Notes: a model not told the origin generated them from the letters alone. A stretch of DNA of 64,000 nt from Verrucomicrobia bacterium GWF2_51_19 (GCA_001831095.1 MIDP01000013.1:2364-66363); one strand, 5' to 3'. Positions 37,504 to 48,041 are shown, counted from the first letter of the stretch. Translations and numbers: made by a program.

Positions 37504-39623
37504 AACAAGTTCTCATTCAAAAAGGGGCCGTCGTCGTCGAAGAAGTGCCGACACCTCTGGTAGGCAACAAAAATATTTTGGTCCGCGTCCAATACTCCTG
37601 TATCAGCGTCGGAACAGAGTCGGCTGGCATCAAGATGTCGGGACTTCCACTGTGGCGCAGGGCCTTGCAACAGCCAGAAAATTTCGATAAGGTGGTCGAA
37701 ATGGCCCGACAACATGGCATCAAGCGGACACTCAAGCGCGTCCTGGGCCAATTGTCTTTTGGGACGCCCACTGGTTACTCTGCGGCAGGAATCGTCATCG
37801 GAGTTGGCCACGAGAGCCACGGGTTTGCGATCGGCGACCGCGTCGCTTGCGCCGGGGCAGGTATCGCCAATCACGCTGAGGTCATCGATGTCCACTGCAA
37901 CCTCGCCGTCAAGATTCCAGATAACGTCGACATGGAAAGCGCTTCGACAGCCACGTTGGGCAGCATAGCACTGCAGGGCATTCGACGCGCACAGCCCACT
38001 ATGGGTGAGACTTTTCTCGTCATCGGACTGGGGCTCTTGGGACAATTGACGACGCAAATGCTGTTGGCCAATGGCTGCCGAGTGATCGGTACCGACCTGG
38101 ATGCCTCTCTCATTAAATTGGCGGAAGCGACAGGCTTTGTGGGTCTCGATCCGAGCGCGGAAGATGTCGTGGCGAGCACTTTGAGACACACCGCTGGTCA
38201 TGGAGCCGATGGAGTTATCATTACAGCCGCAACGGCAAGCCAATCCGTCATTCGCCAAGCCATGCAAGCGTGTCGTAAAAAGGGGCGCGTGGTCCTAGTC
38301 GGCGACGTTGGCCTGAATCTCGTTCGCTCCGACTTCTACAAAAAAGAAATCGATTTTCTCATCTCTTGTTCCTACGGTCCAGGACGTTATGACAGTTCCT
38401 ATGAAGAGGGCGGCATCGATTATCCCCTACCCTATGTTCGCTGGACAGAAAATCGCAATTTGCAGGCCTTTTTGCAGTTGTTGGCCGACAAGAAAATCGA
38501 CCTGAAACGGTTTTATTCAAAGCCATACGCGGTTGCAGACGCTCCGGCAGCTTATGCTTCACTCAAAGATCCAGAAACGCGTCCACTGTTGGCTCTCCTC
38601 GCTTATGGGGAACCTATGGAAATGCGCCGAGTCGATCTTAAACAGCCACAAGAGGTCAAAAACAAAATTCGCGTGGCCCTCATTGGAGCTTCGAGCTTTG
38701 CCCAGGGCATGCACTTGCCTAACCTCGTTAAATTGCGCAAAGATTATGTTTTGCACGCCGTTATGAGTCGAACGGGCGCCAACGCCAAAGTCATCGCGAC
38801 GCAATACAAGGCCAACTACTGTTCGACGGATTATGCGGCCATTTTGAATGATCCAGACGTCGACCTCGTCTTGATTGCCACGCGTCACAACTTGCACAGC
38901 TCAATGGTCTTACAGGCCCTCAAGGCAGGCAAACACGTCTTTGTCGAAAAGCCACTCGCCCTTTCGGAAGAAGAGCTGGTAGCCATCGAAGATTTTTACA
39001 AAGCGAACGAGGGCCCTCTCCTAATGACCGGCTTCAACAGACGTTTTGCACCGGCTATTCAGAAAATGCGGGCCTTATTGAAGAACCGGACGACACCACT
39101 AATCGCCAATTACCGAATGAATGCGGGATTTTTGCCAAGCGATCACTGGGTTCATGGACCCGAGGGAGGCGGTCGCAATATCGGCGAAGCGTGCCACATC
39201 TACGACCTCTTTGACAATCTCTGCAACGACAGCCCGGTTGTTTCGATTACAGCAAAGTCGATTAGACCCATTTCCGCTCAGTGGCATCGCAATGACAACT
39301 TTGTCGCCACACTCCAATACTCCGATGGCTCTGTCTGCACACTGACCTACACAGCCTTGGGCTACAAGTCGTATCCCAAGGAGCGCATGGAAGTCTTTGC
39401 CGACGGCAAGGTCCTTGCCATGGATGACTACAAAAAACTCGATGTGTTTGGCGGCAAAGGTCGCGGATGGCATTCCAAAACCATCCAAAAAGGTCAATTG
39501 GAAGAACTCGAATGCCTCGCCGACACACTCTTGCGAGGAGCCGATTGGCCCATATCTTTCGCCTCACAATTGCAGGCCACACGCATCAGCCTCGAAATAG
39601 AAAGACAGTTGAAAAACGGATGA
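37500..39623 (+). CDS. Bi-domain oxidoreductase (MDR alcohol-dehydrogenase-like N-half + Gfo/Idh/MocA C-half)
   Basis: The N-half has a GroES-like/Rossmann pattern (VIGLGLLG). The C-half has IRVALIGASSFAQ and EKPLA motifs. ATGA overlap with the wecC stop. Confidence 0.85.
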   Translation: MKQVLIQKGAVVVEEVPTPLVGNKNILVRVQYSCISVGTESAGIKMSGLPLWRRALQQPENFDKVVEMARQHGIKRTLKRVLGQLSFGTPTGYSAAGIVIGVGHESHGFAIGDRVACAGAGIANHAEVIDVHCNLAVKIPDNVDMESASTATLGSIALQGIRRAQPTMGETFLVIGLGLLGQLTTQMLLANGCRVIGTDLDASLIKLAEATGFVGLDPSAEDVVASTLRHTAGHGADGVIITAATASQSVIRQAMQACRKKGRVVLVGDVGLNLVRSDFYKKEIDFLISCSYGPGRYDSSYEEGGIDYPLPYVRWTENRNLQAFLQLLADKKIDLKRFYSKPYAVADAPAAYASLKDPETRPLLALLAYGEPMEMRRVDLKQPQEVKNKIRVALIGASSFAQGMHLPNLVKLRKDYVLHAVMSRTGANAKVIATQYKANYCSTDYAAILNDPDVDLVLIATRHNLHSSMVLQALKAGKHVFVEKPLALSEEELVAIEDFYKANEGPLLMTGFNRRFAPAIQKMRALLKNRTTPLIANYRMNAGFLPSDHWVHGPEGGGRNIGEACHIYDLFDNLCNDSPVVSITAKSIRPISAQWHRNDNFVATLQYSDGSVCTLTYTALGYKSYPKERMEVFADGKVLAMDDYKKLDVFGGKGRGWHSKTIQKGQLEELECLADTLLRGADWPISFASQLQATRISLEIERQLKNG

Positions 39624-40288
39624 AAAATCGTTTCCATTTTACAAAAAAATCACTCCTCGTTTGGATCTTACTAATGGGTGCTCTGGGCTTGGCTGGGAAA
39701 GCCTATTGGGATACTCGCATATTGCACAATCGCGTCCATGCCGTCGAGGAAAGCTTGATACGCGTTTTTGTAACGCAGAAAATCGATGTTATTACACCCG
39801 ATGCGATCGCAGACTATGTTTATACGCATTCTGAAGTAGAGAATACAACGGCATTGTACGGCGAAGATGGCGGTTTTATCTTTGCCAGCGGTCTTTTTAA
39901 CAAAGGCTATTGTGGGGGTTTTGCAAACGTTTTTAATAAAATTGCGACCGCGTTTGGTTATCGCACGCGCACGATACAGCTCGTTGGCACCAATCCAAAA
40001 GATACCCATATTCTCAACGAAGTTTGGGAAAAGGATCGATGGGTGGCGATCGATCCCTCCTTCAATTGCACCTATGCGTGTTTGACGTGCCATAAACAAC
40101 GACTGAGCGTGAAAGCCGTAAAAAACTGTCTTGCAAAAAGACACACCGTCAAGGACGTTCCTGGAGCACATCAAACAACCGATCGATCTTGGGATAGTTA
40201 TTGCATTTCTCTCGCTCAACTGGTCCATAAAGCCTATGTTTACCGTAGCTCTGTCATGAACGGCCAACCTGGAGACGAAACGCTATAA
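39620..40288 (+). CDS. Membrane-anchored transglutaminase-like (Cys-His-Asp) protein
   Basis: N-terminal TM helix, then GYCGGFANVF .. THILNEVW .. WVAIDPS, which resembles the transglutaminase-core Cys/His/Asp arrangement. The start forms an ATGA overlap with the upstream stop. Confidence 0.55.
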   Translation: MKNRFHFTKKSLLVWILLMGALGLAGKAYWDTRILHNRVHAVEESLIRVFVTQKIDVITPDAIADYVYTHSEVENTTALYGEDGGFIFASGLFNKGYCGGFANVFNKIATAFGYRTRTIQLVGTNPKDTHILNEVWEKDRWVAIDPSFNCTYACLTCHKQRLSVKAVKNCLAKRHTVKDVPGAHQTTDRSWDSYCISLAQLVHKAYVYRSSVMNGQPGDETL

Positions 40289-40292
40289 TTTT

Positions 40293-42263
40293 ATGTGTGG
40301 TATCGTTGGCATTTTCAATACAAACGGCAAGCCAGTCGACGAGGCGTTGTTGTGTCGTATGCGCGACACGATGGTTCACCGTGGGCCAGATGGATGTGGA
40401 CATTACTGTTCACGCGATGGTTCTGTTGGGTTAGGGCATCGGCGTCTCTCGATTCTCGACCTCGCAACATCGGCCAATCAACCCATGCCGAATGAAGACA
40501 AGACGGTTTGGGTGACCTTCAACGGCGAAATTTACAACCACGCGGGTCTACGTCGAGAACTGAAGGCTGCCGGACACACGTTTCAAACCGACCATTCTGA
40601 CACCGAAGTTCTCGTACACGGTTATGAAGAATGGGGTATCGATAGCCTCATGCAGCGCATTGAAGGCGATTACGCGATTGGCCTCTGGGACGAACGGCAA
40701 GGGCAACTCTTTCTGATTCGCGACCGCATTGGCGTAAAGCCACTTTATTTTACACTGACGCCACGAGGTCTCATTTTTGCCTCCGAGATCAAGGCCATTT
40801 TAGCAGACCCTCAAGTTGAACGCGATATCGAGCCGATCGCGATGTACCATTATTTGTCATTTTTTACAACACCGGCACCTCTCACAATGTTCAAAGGCAT
40901 CTTCAAGTTGCCACCGGGATATTGTCTTCAATTTAAAACGAATCGCAGCTTGAAAACATGGCGCTATTGGAATGCCATTCCAAATGAAAAAGAAAGGTTC
41001 TCGGTACAAGCAAACAGTGAAGAAGACCATATTCGCGAAATTCGAAAACGTTTAATCGCTTCTGTCGAAAAGCGCATGATGGCAGATGTCCCTCTGGGTG
41101 TTTTTCTATCAGGAGGCGTCGATTCTTCAACGAATGTCGCCCTGATGTCGCGCTACATGGACCGCCCCGTAGACACTTTTACAGTCGGGTTTAAAGACCA
41201 CACCAACCTCAACGAATTCGATTACGCCAACCGCATCGCCAAACAATTTAAGACGAATCACCACGAAATTCTTATCGACGAACACGACATGCAGGGCTAT
41301 TTAGATGCCCTCATCTATTCTCAGGATGAGCCGATTGCCGATTGGGTCTGTATTCCACTCTACTTTGTCTCGAAGTTAGCCAAAGATAACGGCATGACAG
41401 TCATTCAGGTAGGCGAAGGATCCGATGAACAGTTCTGCGGATACAGGAATTACATGGGACACCTTTGGATATATAATCATCCTTGGCAAATACTCAATAA
41501 GTATGCCCCCCATTTTCTATCACGCATCTTTGCACACGGTGCAAAATGGATAGCCAATCAGAGACCATCGTTGACACGTTACGCTGAAGTTATCCATCGT
41601 GCTGCCTATAATCGCGAACACTTCTGGACAGGCGCGATCGCCTTTTCCGATCTTGCTAAAGAACGTTTGGTAAAAAAAGAAATGTTCCCTCTCGCTAATA
41701 TTCCAGAAGAGTTGTCCAACTTACTCCCAAATGCTTATCTCGAAACCGATTCTTTCAATGTGATTCAGTCATTTAATCAAGATCTCGAATCGAATTGGCC
41801 CGATCACGACATTCTTGCCCGCATGACCTACAATGAGTTTAAATTGAGACTTCCAGAGCTCCTTTTGATGCGCGTCGACAAAATTACGATGTCGGTCTCA
41901 CTTGAAGCTCGTGTACCTTTTCTCGATCACAATCTCGTCGAATATTCAACAGCCATTCCAATGCATGAGAAGATTCGTGGAAACACTGCCAAGTACCTTC
42001 TCAAAAAAGCAGTTGAAGGTATCATCCCTCACGACATTATTTATCGCAAGAAGATGGGATTTGGTGCGCCAATGGACAAATGGATGCAAGGTGATTTTGG
42101 CAAACGAGTGCAAAGTTCCGTACTCGCGTCCCCACTTATCAAACGAGGCTTTTTTGATCAAAAACAGCTCGAACACCTGCTCAAAAATGAAAAAGGTGAT
42201 TATTTTATTTACAACTGGATTCTCTTCAACTTAACGAGCTGGTATGACTACTGGATTGGGTGA
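40293..42263 (+). CDS. asnB: Asparagine synthase (glutamine-hydrolysing) family amidotransferase, O-antigen WbpG/WbtH-like context
   Basis: MCGI N-terminal nucleophile of the Ntn glutaminase domain, and the SGGVDSS PP-loop in the synthetase domain. Confidence 0.9.
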   Translation: MCGIVGIFNTNGKPVDEALLCRMRDTMVHRGPDGCGHYCSRDGSVGLGHRRLSILDLATSANQPMPNEDKTVWVTFNGEIYNHAGLRRELKAAGHTFQTDHSDTEVLVHGYEEWGIDSLMQRIEGDYAIGLWDERQGQLFLIRDRIGVKPLYFTLTPRGLIFASEIKAILADPQVERDIEPIAMYHYLSFFTTPAPLTMFKGIFKLPPGYCLQFKTNRSLKTWRYWNAIPNEKERFSVQANSEEDHIREIRKRLIASVEKRMMADVPLGVFLSGGVDSSTNVALMSRYMDRPVDTFTVGFKDHTNLNEFDYANRIAKQFKTNHHEILIDEHDMQGYLDALIYSQDEPIADWVCIPLYFVSKLAKDNGMTVIQVGEGSDEQFCGYRNYMGHLWIYNHPWQILNKYAPHFLSRIFAHGAKWIANQRPSLTRYAEVIHRAAYNREHFWTGAIAFSDLAKERLVKKEMFPLANIPEELSNLLPNAYLETDSFNVIQSFNQDLESNWPDHDILARMTYNEFKLRLPELLLMRVDKITMSVSLEARVPFLDHNLVEYSTAIPMHEKIRGNTAKYLLKKAVEGIIPHDIIYRKKMGFGAPMDKWMQGDFGKRVQSSVLASPLIKRGFFDQKQLEHLLKNEKGDYFIYNWILFNLTSWYDYWIG

Positions 42264-44283
42264 GTATTACGAGCGCATATGTCGCATTTTGAAAAAACCG
42301 CCTGGTTTTATTTTACGACGTGTGTGGCAAGAGGTCTGCGCGCAAATGGATTGTTTTACGGCACCGCGTATGGGGCGAATGTCGTTAGCATCGCTTTTGG
42401 CACGCTTTGGGCAGTCTTCGCTTGACACCTGGTGGAGCGCACTTGCCAATCGTCCTTATCCATTGCAGAAAAGCCTCGATGTAGCCGCATTGGATGCCTT
42501 GTGTCCTGCAGCGAAAGACGAAATTTTGAAACGCGCACAGGCGGCCCTTCATAGGAATGTGAATGTGTTGGGATCTGGCACTATCAAGCTTTCAACGCCA
42601 GTTGAGTGGTCAAAGGATTACGCCTCGGGCTACAGTTGGGAAAAAGGCTATTTTAGAGACATTGATTACAACAATTCGGAACGGCCGAGCGACGTCAAGA
42701 TGGCGTGGGAGGTGTCGCGCATGCAGTGGGCGATCCCTCTTGGCCAAGCATGGGTGTTGACGGGTAATGATGGCTTTGCGGCGGAACTTCGTAAGCTATT
42801 GGAAGAATGGATCGACGGCAACCCTTATGGGCAAACGGTTAATTGGTCGTGCACGATGGAAGTGGCCATGCGGATTTTCACCTGGACGTGGTTTTTCCAC
42901 ATGTGTTCGGCGGCGCCATCGTGGGCCGACACACGCTTTCGGGAACGTTTTTTGAAGACATTGTGGCTTCATGGAATATTTACCGAACGCTACATCGAAC
43001 GTTCAGACGTCAATGGCAACCACTTTACGGCCGATGCCGCTGCACTGGTCGTGTTGGGCCTGTTTTTTGGGAAAAATGGAGAACGTTTGGCAAACTTTGG
43101 ATGGCGCGAGCTCGAACGCGAACTGCCGCTTCAAGTGACTCCCGATGGCGTTGATTATGAGGCGTCTTGCGCCTACCACCGCTTGGTCACCGAACTCTTT
43201 TTATTGCCCGCTTGCTACCGAGAGGCCTGTGGGCTGGACGTTTCTGATACCTACAAAGAGTGTTTGCGACGCATGGCCCTGTTTACCGCTGCCTACACAA
43301 AGCCAACTGGCCTGTGCCCACTCTGGGGAGACGCCGATGATGCCCGCGTCTTGCCCTTCGGACATCAAAACATCAATGATCACCGTTATTTGGTTGGCCT
43401 CGTTGGACTTTATTGTAACGATAGGAATCTTCTACATATGTCAGGTGGACCGCTATTGGAGGCAATCTATTGGTTTGGCGAGCGCGCAAAAGGCCTCAGT
43501 GATCGCGTATTCCCATCGAGCCAACTCTTTCGCGATGCAGGTGTCGTCATTTTGCGAAAAGGGGGCAACCATTGCTTCATTGACTGCGGGCCGGTGGGTC
43601 TTGCGGGGAGGGGCGGTCACGGCCACAACGACTGCCTTAGCCTTGAACTCGTTCTCAACGGGACACCGCTTATAACGGATTGCGGCTCCTACGTTTATAC
43701 AAAAAATTACCGCGAGCGACAGGCCTTTCGATCGACCGCTTCCCACAACACACCACAGGTCGACGGAGAAGAAATCAACAGATGGATCAGTCCAAAACAC
43801 TTGTGGAACCTTCATAACGACGCGATTCCAGAACTTTTGGAGTTTTTGGCAAATGAACATACTGCGTTTTTTAAAGGCAGCCATAGGGCTTACGATCGAT
43901 TGGGCGACGCCGTAAAAATCATCCGCCAATGCACCCTCGATTTTGACAACGTCTGTTTTACCTTGAGCGACTCTTTTTCAGCCAAACACGCACACACGGT
44001 CACCATTCCGCTTCACCTGGCTCCTGGTGTGACCTGCACCCAGGCCGCTCCACAACGCTTCTTACTGCAGCCCAAAGCAGACTTACTGCAGGCAAACGCA
44101 GACTATTTCCTTGACTGGAACAGCGATGTGCCTTGTGATTGCGAGATCATTCCAGCACGCGTCTCCCAATCTTACGGCACCTACCGAAAAACCGTCAAAC
44201 TGCAGTGGTCTTTCCACACAGAAAAGGCAAACATCCAATGGACGCTGGGGGCTATCAACAACAGCCATGCAAGTCAAACGTAA
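42244..44283 (+). CDS. Heparinase II/III-like family protein (paralog 2)
   Basis: Motifs NGNHFTADAAALVVLG, GHGHNDCLSLEL and ASHNTPQVDG parallel the ORF at 32379. Confidence 0.8.
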   Translation: MTTGLGEYYERICRILKKPPGFILRRVWQEVCAQMDCFTAPRMGRMSLASLLARFGQSSLDTWWSALANRPYPLQKSLDVAALDALCPAAKDEILKRAQAALHRNVNVLGSGTIKLSTPVEWSKDYASGYSWEKGYFRDIDYNNSERPSDVKMAWEVSRMQWAIPLGQAWVLTGNDGFAAELRKLLEEWIDGNPYGQTVNWSCTMEVAMRIFTWTWFFHMCSAAPSWADTRFRERFLKTLWLHGIFTERYIERSDVNGNHFTADAAALVVLGLFFGKNGERLANFGWRELERELPLQVTPDGVDYEASCAYHRLVTELFLLPACYREACGLDVSDTYKECLRRMALFTAAYTKPTGLCPLWGDADDARVLPFGHQNINDHRYLVGLVGLYCNDRNLLHMSGGPLLEAIYWFGERAKGLSDRVFPSSQLFRDAGVVILRKGGNHCFIDCGPVGLAGRGGHGHNDCLSLELVLNGTPLITDCGSYVYTKNYRERQAFRSTASHNTPQVDGEEINRWISPKHLWNLHNDAIPELLEFLANEHTAFFKGSHRAYDRLGDAVKIIRQCTLDFDNVCFTLSDSFSAKHAHTVTIPLHLAPGVTCTQAAPQRFLLQPKADLLQANADYFLDWNSDVPCDCEIIPARVSQSYGTYRKTVKLQWSFHTEKANIQWTLGAINNSHASQT

Positions 44284-46792
44284 TTTCGATAAAGTCTATC
44301 AATCTTCAGAGGATCCTTGGGCTATTGGTCCAGCGGACTCTGATCGTTACAATCAGTATTGTCGTTGGCTCGAACCCTATGTTCGCGGCAAAACAATGCT
44401 CGATATTGGATGCGGAATTGGCGCTTTTTTAAACCGCTTTGATGGCGTCGCTACGGAATTACATGGCATCGAAGTCTGTCCAGAAGCGATTGCGAGAGGG
44501 AGCAAACGTCATTCCAACATACATTTTCATTTAGGTTCAGCTGGGAAACTGCCTGCTATAACCTCACTGCCTCGTGAGCATTTTGGGTTTATTCTCTGCT
44601 CAGATGTTCTTTACTACCTCAAGGAAAACCAAAAGCGGTCCTGTTTGACGTGGATTCGCGATCATTTGGAAGAAGGAGGTGTTTGTTGCCTTGCTGGCTG
44701 GTCGCCAGGGGGCCATTACTTCCGCGCCGAAGAATTCGCCGATTACATCAAGGCTTTTTTTAGACCTCTCGAAATCCATTACCTCGCCGACACTCAACAC
44801 CTATTGGTCATAGCGACGAAACGCAAAAGCCTTGTCGCCATTACTATCGATTATGAAACGTGGCAACCGCTGCCTTCTGGCAAAAGTATCGATTGGGATA
44901 TCAACATTTTTCAGCCTACAAAACGCCTCTTGAAACTCGCTGAGCAGGTCAATGTACCTTTGACTTTTTTTGCCGAAATGGGCGAGTATTTTTATCTCAA
45001 AAAACATGATCCTGCAAACGCTCTTCTAATGGAGCAACAGTGGTGTGAAATAATTCGACAGGGACATGATGTGCAGTTGCACCTACACCCGAGTTGGCTG
45101 CCTGAATGTGGAGCTAAACAGGAGAGGCAATCCTGGTATTGGGATACACAATACGCAAAAATAGAGAACTATCCTGGTGACCTTTCTGCACTCATCCAAC
45201 GTTGTCAACATACCCTAGAAACGCTCTTAAGGCCCATTCGGCCAACCTATTGCGTAACGACCTTTCGCGCTGGAGCCTATCAAGCACAGCCCTTTGGACG
45301 ACTCTGGCAAGCTTTAAAAAACAATCACATTGTCTGCGATACATCTGTTCATTGGGGTGGATTTTCATTGGAGCGCGGCTACGATTATCGTTTCGCCTAT
45401 ACACGTCACTCCCCTTACTTCGCAAGCTCGACCGATCCACAATTGAAGGCCCCTCCTACAGAAGAGGCAGTCATCGAATTGCCTGTTTTTTGTCATACGT
45501 GGGGGCAAAAATGGATGTTAGATGGCAATGAGGGCAATCTTTTTGGCATACGATTGCTAAAATACCTTAAAACCGCAAATCCAATAATTTCGGCCGAACG
45601 GTTACGATTCCAGTATCATTGCAAACGCCTGATGAACGCTGTATGCAGTTTTTGGCCACGATTGAAGCTGTTTTTGCATCATGCTGGTTCCACGAAACCT
45701 AAACCTCCACAAGATGACCACGATCGTTACTTTGTGCTCATCGGACATACGAAGAGTGAGCTGAATGTAGAGGCAATTGCTCAGCAAATAGAACTTCTGA
45801 AGGCCCATGGGCTTACTTTTGTCAGCATGAGCGACGCCTGTTTGCTCGCCCAAACCTCTCTAAAATTCACACATGCCTCGGTACCCAATTTTGGAAAAGA
45901 TACTCCACCCTCATCTGCCTTACAAAGATTTCTGCCGTTCGATTGCGACCTGGTATTGAATCTCCACGGTGCACAAAGCTTTACAAACACCATTGCGCGC
46001 GATTACCCATGGATGCAAATCGTTGACTGTGATCTAGCCGAAGGACTCGCCTTTCCAAATGCACACTTTGATTGCCTCTATGCAAACCATTCCCTTCAAC
46101 ACGCTGTTGATGTTCAGAAAACGCTCCTAGAGGCTTTTTGCGTATTAAAAGATAATGGCGTACTCGTCGCAGCGATTCCACTGACGCAAACTTGTTCCAA
46201 TTGGACTGCAACACCAGAAGATATTCGCGTTCGTCTTCAAGCCGCTGGGTTCGAGAAGATCGTGATTCACCAAGACCTTTCTATCGCCTATATTCAAGCT
46301 TGGAAACACGCGTGGAATGAAGTCGATCGCGTGTCTCGCCTCATGCAATGGGTTTACACTCGCCTCGATCCGACAAGGCCCAACACTTGTGAAAACCCCA
46401 TTCGCCTACTCACAGACGGTTATGGTTATTGCATTGCTTATACAGTCGTCTTGGGGAAATTTCTACAAAGAGAGGGTTTTGCCGTCATATGGATCACCAT
46501 GCATGCCGAGGGGCACATCCGTGGTCGTGGCCCAAAACAACAAGACACTCATGAGGTCATAGAATTGTATTGTGAGGACAAAATATACACTTTAGACCCA
46601 ACCACAAATCGGATTTTCCCATACAGTATTGAAGCGCTCTTAAAAACCCCTGCATTGGCAACAGAGAGAACCGATGTCGACAATCGCTACAAAAAGTGCA
46701 ATTATCACTTATATGACACCCATTATTGGTACTCAAAGGTGAAGTGGTACAAACGGAGAATACTCAAAAACTCCCTCTTACAATCGTCTTGA
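44267..46792 (+). CDS. Four-module fusion protein: SAM-methyltransferase / polysaccharide-deacetylase-like / second methyltransferase / transglutaminase-like
   Basis: Module 1: NodS-like DPWAIG..MLDIGCGIGAF. Module 2: VAITIDYETW..HDVQLHLHPSW. Module 3: FDCLYANHSLQHA..LKDNGVLV. Module 4: GYGYCIAYTVV..HEVIELY..YTLDPT. The start is taken at MQVKRNF (44267); the ORF-track start at 44111 lies inside the upstream gene. Confidence 0.7.
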   Translation: MQVKRNFDKVYQSSEDPWAIGPADSDRYNQYCRWLEPYVRGKTMLDIGCGIGAFLNRFDGVATELHGIEVCPEAIARGSKRHSNIHFHLGSAGKLPAITSLPREHFGFILCSDVLYYLKENQKRSCLTWIRDHLEEGGVCCLAGWSPGGHYFRAEEFADYIKAFFRPLEIHYLADTQHLLVIATKRKSLVAITIDYETWQPLPSGKSIDWDINIFQPTKRLLKLAEQVNVPLTFFAEMGEYFYLKKHDPANALLMEQQWCEIIRQGHDVQLHLHPSWLPECGAKQERQSWYWDTQYAKIENYPGDLSALIQRCQHTLETLLRPIRPTYCVTTFRAGAYQAQPFGRLWQALKNNHIVCDTSVHWGGFSLERGYDYRFAYTRHSPYFASSTDPQLKAPPTEEAVIELPVFCHTWGQKWMLDGNEGNLFGIRLLKYLKTANPIISAERLRFQYHCKRLMNAVCSFWPRLKLFLHHAGSTKPKPPQDDHDRYFVLIGHTKSELNVEAIAQQIELLKAHGLTFVSMSDACLLAQTSLKFTHASVPNFGKDTPPSSALQRFLPFDCDLVLNLHGAQSFTNTIARDYPWMQIVDCDLAEGLAFPNAHFDCLYANHSLQHAVDVQKTLLEAFCVLKDNGVLVAAIPLTQTCSNWTATPEDIRVRLQAAGFEKIVIHQDLSIAYIQAWKHAWNEVDRVSRLMQWVYTRLDPTRPNTCENPIRLLTDGYGYCIAYTVVLGKFLQREGFAVIWITMHAEGHIRGRGPKQQDTHEVIELYCEDKIYTLDPTTNRIFPYSIEALLKTPALATERTDVDNRYKKCNYHLYDTHYWYSKVKWYKRRILKNSLLQSS

Positions 46793-48012
46793 TGAAGCCA
46801 ATTCACAACATCACACTGACTGTGCTTACCCGATTTATTCAGATGTTTGCTGGCTTCTCCGTCGCCGTTCTAACGGCCCGCTTTCTGGGACCCACGCTTC
46901 GCGGTGAGTATTTTTTATACATGAATTTCGTTGCCATCGCCATCCAATTTGGCGATTTGGGCTTTTCGATATCAACCATGTATCAGTCTGCCAAACACCC
47001 GGACTCGAAACAATCACTCGTTCCTCTTTTCACAATCATCGCAGGCGTAATTGGAATACTCGCTTGGGTTGCACTGATACTCGCAAGCAAGGAGGTTTTC
47101 CATCTATTGGATATTAAATTAAACTATGCATTTCTGGTCGGTATCGGTATCCCTTTCGGCTTATATGCGCTCTTTGCTAGCAATTGGTTGATAGGTGCTG
47201 GAAAAATTCATGTGTACAATGGCGTTGAAAGTATCAAGCAACTCTTTTTGGTGAGCAGTCTGTGTTTTTTCGGATTACAGTATGCCTCATTAGATCTATT
47301 TTTATGCTTAAGCATCGCCTCCTCCATTCTCAGCGCGCTCATCCTCAGTCGGTGGACGTTGAAATGTGGCTTTGTTTTCAAGTTTGACCGGGCGCTGTTT
47401 GGTTCACAATTTCATTACGCAGCGAAATCTTGGATCATCAGCTGCTTGTTTTTTGGAATGTCGCGGTTTATTGTCTTGTGGATGGACGCTTATACGACAA
47501 AAGAGGCCCTCGGCATTTGGTCTATTGCTTTGCAGATCGGTGACGCCATCTCGATTATTCCCTGCGCCATTGGCCAGGTAATGTTCGCTGACACCGTTGC
47601 GGCAGACGATCCTTGGAAAGTCGCTAAGGGCTATATTCGCCAAACCGCTTGGATCATGACCCTGGCCTGCTTGGGTGCCGCGGTGGTCGGCTTTCCTCTC
47701 ATACGCTTGGCCTTTGGCAAACCTTATGAAGGGGCCTATTTCCAACTGCTTTTTCTCCTGCCTGGAATATGGCTGCGCGGCATCTTGAGCCCACTCGGAC
47801 AATACATCGGGGCGATCGGACAGCCCTTGTACGTTGTTCCAGTCTGGGGAGGAGGCTTACTCGTGTCCATGACGCTGGGATGGTTCTTCATCCGACAATG
47901 GCAGGGCATCGGGGCAATGATCAGTATTTCGATAGCCTATGTATTCGTCTCTGCTTGCCTGTGGATCTTGGCCACGCGCAACAGAAAACAATTGATTGGC
48001 GTTAAAGTGTAG
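46792..48012 (+). CDS. wzx: Polysaccharide flippase (MOP/Wzx family)
   Basis: ~12 TM helices and a typical oligosaccharide-flippase length. The start MKPIHN overlaps the upstream stop (TGATG). Confidence 0.75.
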   Translation: MKPIHNITLTVLTRFIQMFAGFSVAVLTARFLGPTLRGEYFLYMNFVAIAIQFGDLGFSISTMYQSAKHPDSKQSLVPLFTIIAGVIGILAWVALILASKEVFHLLDIKLNYAFLVGIGIPFGLYALFASNWLIGAGKIHVYNGVESIKQLFLVSSLCFFGLQYASLDLFLCLSIASSILSALILSRWTLKCGFVFKFDRALFGSQFHYAAKSWIISCLFFGMSRFIVLWMDAYTTKEALGIWSIALQIGDAISIIPCAIGQVMFADTVAADDPWKVAKGYIRQTAWIMTLACLGAAVVGFPLIRLAFGKPYEGAYFQLLFLLPGIWLRGILSPLGQYIGAIGQPLYVVPVWGGGLLVSMTLGWFFIRQWQGIGAMISISIAYVFVSACLWILATRNRKQLIGVKV

Positions 48013-48041
48013 TCCCGGTCGAAGTGAACAAAAGTGACATT

